Assembly: GCF_006345805.1 (NCBI RefSeq)
Contig: NC_043001.1
Coordinates: forward strand, 134,044,001 to 134,108,000
Direction of reading: 5' to 3'
DNA length: 64,000 nucleotides
DNA from: Octopus sinensis
Lineage: Eukaryota
In this document: in pieces, positions 52,316-64,000 of the stretch
Numbering within the stretch: position 1 is the stretch's first letter
Layout of the letters: every line of letters starts with the position of its first letter
The notes under the pieces: generated by a model
Told to the model about the DNA's origin: nothing
The model's database searches: none
The model's input: the letters and a program-made list of their open reading frames with translations, nothing else
Program-made: the position numbers and the translations under genes

Positions 52316-53700
52316 ATGGCAAACTCACCACATACCCCTTCAGGTAGGTGGCCCTACTCGATCTGTAGAAAAGGTGTAAGTAGAAACTTCATAAGATGTA
52401 CCCAGTGTAAGCTATGAACACATAAGAGGTGCAGCAACATCAAAGGAAAATTAACCAAGAAGATAGCTTTCATGTGCGGCAGATGCACAGGAGCAATAGA
52501 CACCATTGATACTCAGAAAACAGATTCCATTACACTCCTGGGAGAGAAACTAGAAGTAGTTGATAGTTTCCACTACCTAGGTGACCAAGATAGTTGTGGG
52601 GGTGGATGCTCAGAGAGTGTTACCACTAGAATAAGAATAGCCTGGGCAAAGTTTAGGAAGCTTCTTCCCTACTGGCGACAAAGGGTCTCTTGCTCAGAGT
52701 GAAAGGTAGATTGTAGGATGCATGTGTACAGACTGCCATGCTTCACAGCAGTGAAACATGGGCTGTGACTGCGGAGGGCATGCATAGGCTCGAAAGAAAT
52801 GAAGCTAGCATGATCTGCTGGATGTGTAATGTCAGTGTCCATGCACGACAGAGTGTAAGCTCCCTGAGAGAAATGTTGGGCATAAGAAGCATTGGATGCA
52901 GCATGCACGAGAGATGTTTGCATTGGTATCGTCATGTACTACGGATGGATGAAGAGAGATGTGTGAAGAAGTGCTACTCCCAAACTGTTGAAGGAATCCG
53001 GGGTAGAGGTAGACTCAGGAAGACATGGGACGAGGTGGTCAAGCATGACCTTCGTACGTTGAGCCTCACAGAGGCTATGATGAAAAACCGAGACCTCTGG
53101 AGATATGCTATGACTTCGATGACCCGACAAATGAAGTGAGTTCATGGCTTGCAGGACGGCCTGCTGTGCTTGAGGAGACCTATTTTGTCAAGTACATCAA
53201 CATCAAAATAAAAATCGTATGGATATTGTAGCTGTGATACCAGTGCCGGTATCACAGAGGAAATGATGAAGACTGAGACCTCTAAGATATGCTGTGACTG
53301 TGAAGACCCGACAAATGAGGTGAGTTCATGGCTCGCAGGACGGCCTGCTGTGCTAACCTTGGATTGTAGAGTGACCCGCTGTTCTTGAGGAGACCTATTG
53401 AGTCAAGTACGTCAACACCAACATGAAAATGAAAATCAAATGGAAATTGTTGTTAAGATACCTGTGCCGGTGACAAGTAAAAAGCACCGTCCGAATGCGG
53501 CAGATGCTAGCACTACCTGACTGGTGTCTGTGTCGGTGACACGTAAAAGCACCAACCGATCGTGGCCGTTTGCCAGCCTCCTCTGGCCCCTGTGCTGGTG
53601 GCACATAAAAAGCACCCACTACACTCATGGGCTTCCCAGACCCCGGTCAAACCGTCTAACCCATGCTAGCATGGAAAACAGACGTTAAACGATGATGATG
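52316..53700 (+). mobile_element. 5'-truncated RTE LINE with cysteine-rich segment, RT C-terminus and 3' UTR
   Basis: [42 protein letters not shown]; duplicated ORF end at 53265-53352; (GAT)n tail. Confidence 0.92.
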
Positions 53701-53912
53701 ACATATATATATATATATATATACATACATACATACATACATATTTATATATATATATACATACATACATACATATACACACACACACACACACATACAC
53801 ACACACACACATACACACACACACACACCACACATGTATATATATATATATCAAAGAATGTAAAAAGAAAGAAAATAGGCAGCTTCTGGCATTGTGGAAA
53901 GTTTTATAAAAC

Positions 53913-53946
53913 CTTTATATTTCAGTTGCGAAGCCATTTTCAGAAG
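53913..53946 (-). ncRNA. Degenerate minimal hammerhead downstream of the Penelope ORF
   Basis: CUU-CUGAAAA-U-GGCU ucgc AACU-GAAA-UA-UA-AAG; G8>A and a stem II mismatch. Confidence 0.5.
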
Positions 53947-54238
53947 AAAGACGCAGACTAAGGAAAGTCAAGTTATGTAGGATCCATTAATTCCTCCAAA
54001 TCCCCAGCTTTTCATGTAACAGCAGCAATCGCTCTCCAAATGCAGGTGTAATTGACGTCTCACACATTAGTGTAAACAAAGAACAAACATGCAGCTGTTG
54101 CTACAAGCTACTCACCATTTGTAGTATGATGACTTAATATCAGTAGTAGTAGTGGCCGTTGCTCTTTAAGTGTTGATGGCTGACAAAGTGTTGGTACAAA
54201 ACAAATCTCAGCTGCCATTTACTATCAGTTGGTTATTG

Positions 54239-54580
54239 TCAAAGGAGCCATTGGCTCAACACCGATCAACTGTTAATTTTGGGGTTGAGGCAGTGGATCA
54301 GCAGAGTCTCTTTTATAAGTAGATTGCCAGTGTTATTTTCAGAGGCTAGTAGGGATGCGTCTATCTCCTTGGTGATGTTGTCACATCTAGTAAGGTCTTT
54401 GTGAAAGGAGGACACATTAGTGGTGAGATGCTCGTTAATTTGGATACGGAGTGGTCATGTTGTGCCACCAATGTTGTCGTTGCCACATTTAGAGCATTGT
54501 ATTTGGTCTAACATACATGTAAGCACATGTTAGAGTTGTAAATGAGGCAGTTCATTATGGTGTAAAGCTGTTGTTCTGCA
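54239..54580 (-). pseudogene. Penelope-like element GIY-YIG endonuclease fossil
   Basis: Minus translation DQIQCSKCGNDNIGGTT*PLRIQINEHL..SSFHKDL..LLASENNTGNLLIKETLLIHCLNPKINS* fits the VYxIxCxxC..YIG.T.R.L..R..EH..E.L.I....P.IN pattern. Confidence 0.8.
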
Positions 54581-55034
54581 TGTAACAAACCTCATTGATA
54601 GGTGTTCGTATAGGGATGGCATTTAGCATTAAACTTGGGAAGCCTACTGCCAAGAAATTGAGCATGCTTTGGCAAGCTTACAGCAACAAGGAAATGGGTT
54701 GTACGCAATGTTTTAAGTAACATGGGTGCTTCAAAAGCAGAAGAATGTCCCTGGAAGACAACGAGTGACATGGAAGATCTACCATGAGTGTCACCCACAG
54801 AAATGTGGTATTGTGCATCAAGAATTCACTTAGTCAGTTATTTAAAGGATATTCCAGATTTAGGAATTCTATTGTTTTTGTTCAATCATAGTGCATTGAG
54901 TACTATATTAACCAACATGTTCATTTTTTTAAGCAAAAGAGTGTAAATCAAGGGAAACTTTGCTATTATTTCTTGCAGGTCATCTGCTAGACTAAAGATT
55001 TCCTCACTGATACTAATGTTATGTGGTAACATTA

Positions 55035-55450
55035 CTCTTTACTCTTTTACTCTTTTACTTGTTTCAGTCATTTGACTGCGGCCATGCTGGAGCACCGCCT
55101 TTAATCGAGCAACTCGACCCCGGGACTTATTCTTTTTGTAAGCCCAGTACTTATTCTATCGGTCTCTTTTGCCGAACCGCTAAGTAACGGGGACATAAAC
55201 ACACCAGCATCGGTTGTCAAGCAATGCTAGGGGGACAAACACAGACACACAAACAAACACACATACATATATATATATACATATATACGACAGGCTTCTT
55301 TCAGTTTCCATCTACCAAATCCACTCACAAGGCATTGGTCGGCCCAGGGCTATAGCAGAAGACACTTGCCCAAGATGCCACGCAGCAGGACTGAACCCGG
55401 AACCATGTGGCTGGTTAGCAAGCTACTTACCACACAACCACTCCTGCGCC
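55035..55450 (-). mobile_element. Young SINE family A
   Basis: 8 bp TSD taacatta. Confidence 0.93.
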
Positions 55451-55506
55451 TAACATTATTGAATTTACTTTAGTCATATTCCTGGTAATGAAATTAATTA
55501 ATCCAA

Positions 55507-55783
55507 CATTATTTACATTATTTACATATGACATATATTTGTCATCATCTTGTTTGTTGTTATCATGTTTTGGCTGATATACCCTCCAGCTTTCATCAGG
55601 TGTCTTGGGGAAATTTCAAACATGAGTTCTCATTCTTAAGGTATTTTTCGATGGGTATATCAGCCAAAACATTGGAGGGTATATCAGCTAAAACGTTGTG
55701 TTAACAACAAACAAGATGAGAACAAATATTCATCAAATGTAAATAATGTACCTAATTCTTCATCTCTTAAATATAGAACTGTA
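55507..55783. mobile_element. Inverted pair of Penelope-like terminal repeats carrying a decayed hammerhead
   Basis: Arms 55517-55588 and 55673-55748 are complementary; minus ACAC-CUGAUGA-A-AGCUG..CAGCC-AAAA; same family end recurs at 63895-63940. Confidence 0.72.
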
Positions 55784-56287
55784 TTAATTAATCCTTCCTA
55801 AAACTTTTCTCAGTGGTAGTTTGTTCTTGTAGGATATAAAACAAGAGACACTACAACTGACAGGTGCTAATCAAATGAAAGTAAGAAATGTGTTGGGGAG
55901 ACTCAGGATGCCACTGAAGACATCCTCCTCATCATCACCATTTTGTTTATCAACAATAAGTCAGATTATCAAGTTCTGTTTCTCTTCAGGCTATTACTAC
56001 ACCTGAGACCTGATCACAGCACTGCAAGTTAAACATTGCAACATTCCACATGGTTGTTAGACTTGATAGAAATAGCAGCAATACCTCTACAAAAATTACA
56101 TCCTGCCGACTTGGTTAAAGAAAAGACACATTGGATAATGTAGTCCTAGATACACTATTACAGAAGAAGAAGAAGGAGGATAGCAATGGTGTCTAGAGAT
56201 TAAGAATGCAGAAATGAAACTGAAAGAAGCTGTCAATGAAGGATTTACAAAATGTGCATGGAAAGGGAATAGGAAAGGATTCCCAGA

Positions 56288-56324
<37 letters not shown>

Positions 56325-56753
56325 GTAATAATAATAATAATAATAATTGGAATGTATTTATGTATGTCTCCAAAAACCAGAAAAAAAGAGCCATCATGAT
56401 ATTAGTCATGATTGCCAGCAGTTAATGCCTTAAACATGAACATCAAATGTAGATAGTCACCCCCAGCTGGTTGTTATAACAGAAAGTGAGGAATTAGGAA
56501 CAAGATTTGGCACCATTCACCACCACTACCAGTAGCTATATCACAGCCACTGGGGTGGGGATGGTTGGTGTTAAAACTAAGTCAGATTATCTGAGTCTAT
56601 CTCCAGGTTATATCCTTTTACTGCAACCAAACAAAACATTGCCATACCCTACATGCTTGTTGGAATGAACATTGTGTTCAACATTTATTTGATGTCCTGT
56701 ACCCATATATGCATGTATATATACATATAGATGTAGATATGTACATATATATA

Positions 56754-56823
<70 letters not shown>

Positions 56824-57014
56824 ATAAATATTAGGGAATAAATCCAAATTTACAAGGAAAAATCAGATTAAGATTGAATCCAATTTTATAATAAAATATT
56901 ATATTATAATAAATTAGAGACAAAACTACTATTATGCAAATCAAACAAAGAAAGACTTAAGCCAATACATAAAATATAAAATAATTTATATAAATTAAAA
57001 TTTAACAAATGAAT

Positions 57015-57066
57015 AACCACTACGATCGTTTTGTGTCAGCACATCTTAGACATTCTTCAGGTGGTT
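57015..57066 (-). ncRNA. Minimal type I hammerhead, probably inactivated (G12>A)
   Basis: AACCAC-CUGAAGA-aUGUC..GACAc-AAAA-C GAUC G-UA-GUGGUU; perfect 6 bp stem I, palindromic stem III. Confidence 0.78.
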
Positions 57067-58611
57067 TCTAAACCTTACATGTGAGTGCACACATACACAC
57101 ACACAATCAGCATCATTGTTTTGACAACTATTTCTCCATGATTGTATGGTCATGCCCCCCGCCCCACATCATCAATCCCTGCCTATTTCTTAGCAAGGCA
57201 GTATTTCCCTATGGCCAGATATATTTTCAAAGAAGATCAGAAATGAAGGACACTGCTTGTACAACTGCGACATTCCTTTACAACCATCACCTGGTGTCAA
57301 GATGAAGAGACACGAACTCACATGCATACACATATACAACAGGCTTCTTTCAGTTTCCATCTGCTAAAACTACTCACAGAGCTTTGGTCAGTCTAAGGGT
57401 ATAGTAGAAGATACTTGCCCAAGGTGTCATGCAGTGGGTCTGAACCTGAAATGACATGGTTGGAAACAAACTTCTTAGCCACACGCTTGTTATGAACAAA
57501 TATAATGTCAAAGACAAAACATTAATTTGAAGGTAATGATAGCAGTTTCTCATTTCTGTAATATATGGCAGCTAGCATGCTTACCTCATTAGCAGATATG
57601 TAGATTGATTATCAATAGGATCTACTGCAATTTTTTTTCTTTGGAGACATTTGTTTATACACAAACACACATATATATATATATATATCTATATCAGCTG
57701 ACATTTATTAATATAAAAAATCTCAACTACTGAGATTATATTTGAAAGCCTTAATGAGTTGTTTGAGTACCAAGTGGAAAGTTTGTCTTCATGTAGTGTA
57801 TTGACAACCCATCTCTCTCTATATTACTACACACATAAATGGAAATTACAGATGTGAAAATAAGTTAATTCATTCCACCAGGAACCAAACCTTGTTTTGC
57901 AGATATCTTTTAAAGATACCTCCCCTCCCTCCCTCCTACTACTACAACAACACAGAGATACGCACAAGTTCTATGACAGTGATTAAGGTAATAGATTTAA
58001 ACCGTTTATTTTAAGATGCGGGCATGGCTGTGTGGTTAGGGAGCTTGCCTCCTAGCTACATGGTTTCGGGTTCAGTCCCACTGCGTGACACTTTGGGTAG
58101 GTGTCTTCCACTATAGCCCCGAGCCGACCGGAGCTTTGTGATTGAATTCGGTAGGTGGAAGTTACTGCCGTGTGTGTATGTGTGCGTATAGCTGCTCAGT
58201 GCCTCTCCGAAAGAGAGAGAGGGGATGCCTTTCTATTGTGTAGATGTCTCTTTCCACCATCGGATGAAAATGAAATCTATTTTCTATTGTTTCAATATTT
58301 CAAGCCAACACTTCCTGTTTGAATCTCTGGACTTGTAACAACAAACTGGCCTTATGAAATCCTCATGATATCTACATTTAAAGAATTAGCCAAACCTGCA
58401 ATAGAAAAAAACCCACCAAAAAACACTGAAATTGCAATCTTGAGAAGCTTATGTGTCTCAAAGTACTTTGGTATTTAAACTTCTGGTGAAAAGCCAGAAA
58501 TGACTAAGTTTTTTTCTTCTTAAGTTGTCTTAGTGGTGAAGAACTTCTTAGAAATCTTGTAGGGAATACATCAGGCTTTAGTTTTAATGTAACTAAATAT
58601 AGCCATTCATG

Positions 58612-59007
58612 TTACTCTTACTCTTTTACTTGTTTCAGTCATTTGACTGCGGCCATGCTGGAGCACCGCCTTTAGTCGATCAAATCGACCCCGGGACTTA
58701 TTCTTTGTAAGCCCAGTACTTATTCTATCGGTCTCTTTTGCCGAACCGCTAAGTGACGGGCACGTAAACACACCAGCATCGGTTGTCAAGTAATGCTAGG
58801 GGGACAAACACAGACACACAAACATATACACACACACATATATATATATACATATATACGACGGGCTTCTTTCAGTTTCCGTCTACCAAATCCACTCACA
58901 AGGCATTGGTCGACCCGGGGCTATAGCAGAAGACACTTGCCCAAGATGCCACGCAGTGGGACTGAACCCGGAACCATGTGGTTGGTTAGCAAGCCACTCC
59001 TGCGCCT
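58612..59007 (-). mobile_element. Young SINE family A
   Basis: Near full-length copy. Confidence 0.92.
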
Positions 59008-59529
59008 GTTGTTGATGTTCCATACAAAATGATATGGTTGATTGCATAATCGCTTTCATTAAATTGTTGTTGCTGTTGTTGTTGATATTGTTGTTGATAT
59101 TGTTGTCCCAGGTCAATTCTGTTCAAGGAAACATTTCATCAACAGTGTACTGAAAGCTAGAATATTTGGGGAAATCAGTCTTGCATAAGTCACAAACAGA
59201 TAGTCAATCAGAGAGTACAGGGAAGTGTTTTGCCCTCTGATTGGTGCAGCAGTATTATAGTCAATTACTACAAGGGGAAAAGGGATGCTATAGAGAAAGG
59301 CAACAATGGAATTTGTTAGCTAAGTTATGAAACATACAAAAAGTACTATAGCAGAACTGATTAAGAAAAGAATTTGCTGAAATGAAATATACTTCAGATT
59401 TGTACAAGGAAGGGTACCATAAATACAATTTTCCTAGTGAGACAACTGTAGAAGAACTGAGTCACTTTATCTAGCATTCATTGGCCTGGAAAAGTCCTCA
59501 GATAAGAAAATAAAAGGATAGATAAATGG

Positions 59530-60540
59530 TTTGTGAGAACTATACAAGTCATGTACAGAGGTGTCATAACTAAAGATGGAGTGGGCATTGAGGTCAGTAA
59601 AGAATTTAGGATGCAAATTGGTGTACATTAAGGTTCAGTTCTTAAACCGCTTCTCTTTGTTATAGTCCTCCATACCAATATAAAGGAGTTAAAGACCAGC
59701 TACTCATGGGAACCCTTGATTGCCAATGGCCTAATTCTCATAGTTTAATTGGTCAAAATTTAGAAAGGAAATTTCAAAGATGGAAGCAAAGCTAGAGCTA
59801 AGAGGCTTCAGAGTTAACCTAGTAAAAACTAAAACTTTAGTTAACAGAGAAAATGACAGCACTCTTCTACCATCAGGGAATTGGCCATGCTCAGTATGCA
59901 GAAAAGAAAAAAGTGGTAATTCCAGAGGGAAAAATAAAGTCCTTTAATTGCTCAGAAGACTCATTAGAAGTAGTTGAATATTTTTGTTACTGAGGTGACC
60001 TAACTATCAATGGAGGAGGGTGTTTCAAAAACACAGTAGTTCCAGTAACAATGACATGGAAACATTTCAGGGAGCTACTGCTTCTGCTGGCAACAAAAGG
60101 ATTCTTTCTTCAAATGAAGGTCAGATCATATGATGTTTATGTGTGAAATGTGATGCTGCATGGTAGTGAAACACAACCCTTAATTGTAAATGATTAGTAA
60201 AGGTTAAAAAGAAATGAGTCAAGCATGTTTCACGAGATGTATAATGTTAGTATGTTAGTGTGTGTGAACAACAGAGCACAAATAAACCCAGAAAAAAAAA
60301 ACTGAATAAAAGAGGAATCAGGTTTAATGTGTAAGAGAGAAAACTCCTCTGGAATGGGTATGTAATGATAATGGATTATGCCAGTTATATAAAGAAATGT
60401 CCTGCACTTCAAGTAAATGACATTATGAAAGACATGATATGCAATGGTGAAGACTGATCTCAGCCAACTGATGACCATGACTTGCTGTGAAACATTGAGC
60501 TGGAAAAGACCTGCTAATTTATGCAACCATGGAAAAGCAA
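59530..60540 (+). mobile_element. Old degenerate RTE LINE RT fragment
   Basis: IGVH*GSVLKPLLFVIVL..YSWEPLIANGL (decayed VGVHQGSVLSPLLF..PWELLYADDL), VMLHGSET. Confidence 0.75.
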
Positions 60541-60749
60541 ACAAAACATGGTGGTAGAGAGATTCCTACTATCACTGTCTCTCTCCTATTGCACGTATAA
60601 TGAAATCCCTCCAACATCAGTCTTCTTTATAGATATCCAGCACAACTTTCCCCATTTACTTTCATATCTATCATTCATTCCTGACTTCCATCACTCTCCT
60701 TCTTCTATCAGTCTCTCAGCTCTATCATGTAGTTGTGCATCACCCTCTT

Positions 60750-60791
<42 letters not shown>

Positions 60792-62613
60792 ATGCATTAC
60801 TCTTTCTTTGATCAACCTCTTGCTCTCATTCTCAGTTATGTGGGAAAGACAAGAATGAACATGTGAATGGAGACAGTACAGGAAAGAGAAGACTCTCCTT
60901 AATATTGCTGAGGCACAATGAAGACTCTTCTTAACTATAACTTCAGTCTTGCTGAAGGCAAGATAGTCTCTCTCTAACACTGGTGTCATGGTTAACAGTA
61001 CATGGTGCACACTATAAAAAGATTGGCATCGGAAAGGGCACCTAGCCAAAGAAACCATTTCAAAAATAGAGTGTACAAGCGCCACATGATCTCAGATCCA
61101 TCTAGAAGAGCAGAAACTCTGAATAAGAACTGAATCAGACAGTATTAAAACATGTCCAACCTTTACCAGCGAATGAGAAAGGTGATGATAGTGATGACAA
61201 TAAGTATGATGATAATACTATAAAAAAAATGAAGATATTTCTTGTTCCCTTTTTCCTATTCTATGTCAGTCTGCAGGTATATATGTGTTGCAGATGCATA
61301 CTATCTGCCTATATATTTTCTATCTGTAACTGCCTGCAGATACATGTGTTAGTTTGATAGATGGTACTTTGTGATGGGTTTTTTTTTCACACCATTTTGT
61401 TACCTATGAATATTCTGTAGTTAAATAATTAGCCTTACTTCACCCAGGTAAAGTATTAACTAAGAGTTTGAACCTAGCATGTTATGATATATAAACTCTG
61501 ATATTTGTGGATGTTAAAAAAAACCTTCACTATTTTGCTGGGTCCAAGCAAATGTATAGCATACAAAATGCTTGGAACAGTACACAGACTTAGCATTTCA
61601 ATTATTCCATGCCTGTCACAGCCTATCTCTGCAACTATACACTGCACTCTGTTATGTAATGACTGCTTGTACTAAAAGTAGTGAAGTACAGTCAAAAGAT
61701 GCTGCTTAATCAGTTTGTACAGTTCATACATGGTCAGAAGTTCAAATGGTAATCACAGCTACAATGAACAGATAAAATAAATGTTCTGCCCCTTCTGTCT
61801 ACTGACATAAGTTTCTACAAGAACACAAATTCAACAAGTTTGCTGTATATTCTTTTGTTACCGTAGATCTATTATTCAATAACCTACCTTACTAGTAATG
61901 CCCAACACCAAGTGTTCTTTGATATACTTTTGCTCTAATTATTTGAATATCATATACAAGCTCATGTGTCCCATAATCAAGTTATGCCAAAGATTATTTA
62001 GAAGAGGCTTAAACCAAAGCTCATTCAGGGTAAAATGATATTGAACAGTTATCTGTATCTAGTCATTGGAGAGAATGTGGTCATTGGAGAGTGGTTAGAC
62101 AGCATCATCTGGTCTGTATTCTTGAAGAAAGCGGGCATCTTAGTTTTACTGAAAACTGTATGCCACAACATACAGGATTTATTGGTTATTCTTGGTGCAA
62201 TATATACATATACCTAGAGATACTTTAAAAGCTCAGAAAGCTGATGTGCTTAAAGATTTAAGTGTTATTCTAAATAAACTCTCAAATACCAATTGAAAAT
62301 ACACACCAAGTAGCTATCTAAAAAACACTAAGTGTATCCAACTTATACAAGTATCCAGCTAAATAATTTCTCAAGTATCTTTATAAAAACACTCCTCAAT
62401 ATATGTTCAGAAAATCTCTTAAAACATTAACACTTATGACAGTCCTATCTAGGAATGACCAAGCATTTCACACATGTTACCAACACCTCCATCAATACAT
62501 CACTTCAGAAAATGTTTGATTCCAGCCAACAGAAAGACGAGGATTTGTAACATACTTCAATGATATTTCACAATTTCATTCTCATTCTCCTTCACTTTGA
62601 AAAACCACTTTAA

Positions 62614-62818
62614 CCCTTTAATATTTAAACCGGCCACGTCTGGCCAAAATATTTAATCTGTTTTAGGTTCAAACTAACCAGATCCAGGCTCTCACACCTA
62701 CCCTACAATAGTAATTACACCATCAAGATCTTGAAGATATGAGATAATGCATGATTAATTCAAATCAATGGGAATCAATAAGCATTATGTTTGATAGAAT
62801 AATCTGAACACTAAAGGG
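62614..62818 (+). mobile_element. piggyBac-type MITE
   Basis: TTAA|CCCTTTA ... TAAAGGG|TTAA. Confidence 0.85.
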
Positions 62819-62932
62819 TTAATGTCAAACCAATGGGAGAGCCTCTTTGCAGTAGTTCAATATGTTAGCCATAACAGTTAAATCTCCTACAAATCAGACA
62901 CACAACAATATTTACAGAAAAGAAACACTTAA

Positions 62933-63565
62933 CCCTATGGCATTCAAATTACTCTGTAAAACATAATACTTATTTTGATTGTTTTCAATTAATCAGGCAT
63001 TATCTTGCAGCTTTAAGATTTCAATGATGTTCTCTTTACACTTACTCTTTTTACTCTTTTACTTGTTTCAGCCATTTGACTGCGGCCATGCTGGAGCACT
63101 GTCTTTTAGTCGAGCAAATCGACCCCGGGACTTATTCTTTGTAAGCCCAGTACTTATTCTATCGATCTCTTTTGCCGAACTGCTAAGTAACGGGGACGTA
63201 AACACACCAGCATCGGTTGTCAAGCAATGCTAGGGGGACAAACACAGACACACAAACACACACATACATATACATATATACACATATATACGACAGGCTT
63301 CTTTCAGTTTCCGTCTACCAAATCCACTCACAAGGCATTGGTCGGCCCGGGGCTATAGCAGAAGACACTTGCCCAAGATGCCACACAGTGGGACTGAACC
63401 CGGAACCATGTGGTTGGTTAGCAAGCTACTTACCACACAGCCACTCCTGTGCCTGTGATTGTATATTTTTAGAATGACATTGTATGGTGGGTGTAAGAGG
63501 CCAAAATCTGGCTAATTTGAACTTTAATCATGTAGAATAGTTTGGCCAGTTTAAATACTAAAGGG
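62933..63565 (-). mobile_element. piggyBac-type MITE in opposite orientation, split by a SINE
   Basis: ttaa|ccct ... aaaggg|tta; the two halves flank the SINE at 63042-63454. Confidence 0.72.
63042..63454 (-). mobile_element. Young SINE family A
   Basis: Full-length copy. Confidence 0.92.
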
Positions 63566-63940
63566 TTACTGAATAACGTAGTCTTAGGTGTACCACTTTC
63601 AAAAAGGCTTTTGTCATAGATCTGCCCAATGAAGAATGACCTGGGGCTAAACTACGACCTCTGAGCTTGCTAAAACTCTTGAAGATATGCAATTCAGCTG
63701 ACAGGTCACCTAACAGGTCTTCTCATTTGAAATCTTTGCATAACTCTTTTGATGCTAACCAAACCCACCAGGGCCTACCTCTGATTTTACTATACAAACT
63801 TTTTGTTTTAAACTAATTGAAATTAAAACCTTCCATCAAAATTTCATATAAAATTATATTCCAAACACCTGCTTAATAACAACAAAGTTATTTTACAGTT
63901 CTATATTTAAGGGATGAGGAATTATGTACATTATTTACAA

Positions 63941-64000
63941 CTAGCAGCATAGCCCGGCATTGCCCGGGTATGTAAGAGCCCCTGGAGCAGACATGATGCT
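63941..64000 (-). mobile_element. Helitron 3' end (continues beyond window)
   Basis: a|ctagcagcatagcccggcattgcccgggta: CTAG plus subterminal hairpin, as at 39797 and 45040. Confidence 0.75.

Noticed and set aside
33942-63477. Recurring ORFs MTTDAGVF.., MSSNARGT.., MLGGQTQ.. that look like a gene family
   Set aside because: Incidental frames within copies of SINE family A

Overview
AT-rich, repeat-dense eukaryotic (metazoan) DNA with no confidently identifiable host protein-coding gene. The repeat content (tRNA-derived SINEs, RTE LINEs with (ATG)n tails, dense TA/CA/GA microsatellites) looks like an Octopus/cephalopod intronic or intergenic region; the taxon is an inference. Nearly all ORFs in the track are microsatellite or repeat artefacts. 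Recognisable coding remnants are all from transposons: RTE and BovB-like LINE reverse transcriptases, a Dong/R4-type LINE end sitting in a (TAA)n tract, two Tc1 remnants (one with D36E spacing), two Tigger/pogo fossils, and a Penelope GIY-YIG endonuclease fossil that the ORF track does not show. Non-autonomous elements include three Helitron-type elements, piggyBac-type and Tigger-type MITEs, and at least four SINE-like families. The most notable signal is a set of six minimal hammerhead-ribozyme motifs of the Penelope type. One (18685-18771, minus strand) has a fully intact catalytic core, one caps a ~120 bp fold-back, and one lies just downstream of the GIY-YIG fossil. Other oddities are a LINE 3' end amplified into a five-unit tandem array, a SINE and LINE sharing one target-site duplication, a perfect 41 bp non-TE inverted repeat bracketing a candidate exon, and a pre-miRNA-like hairpin.
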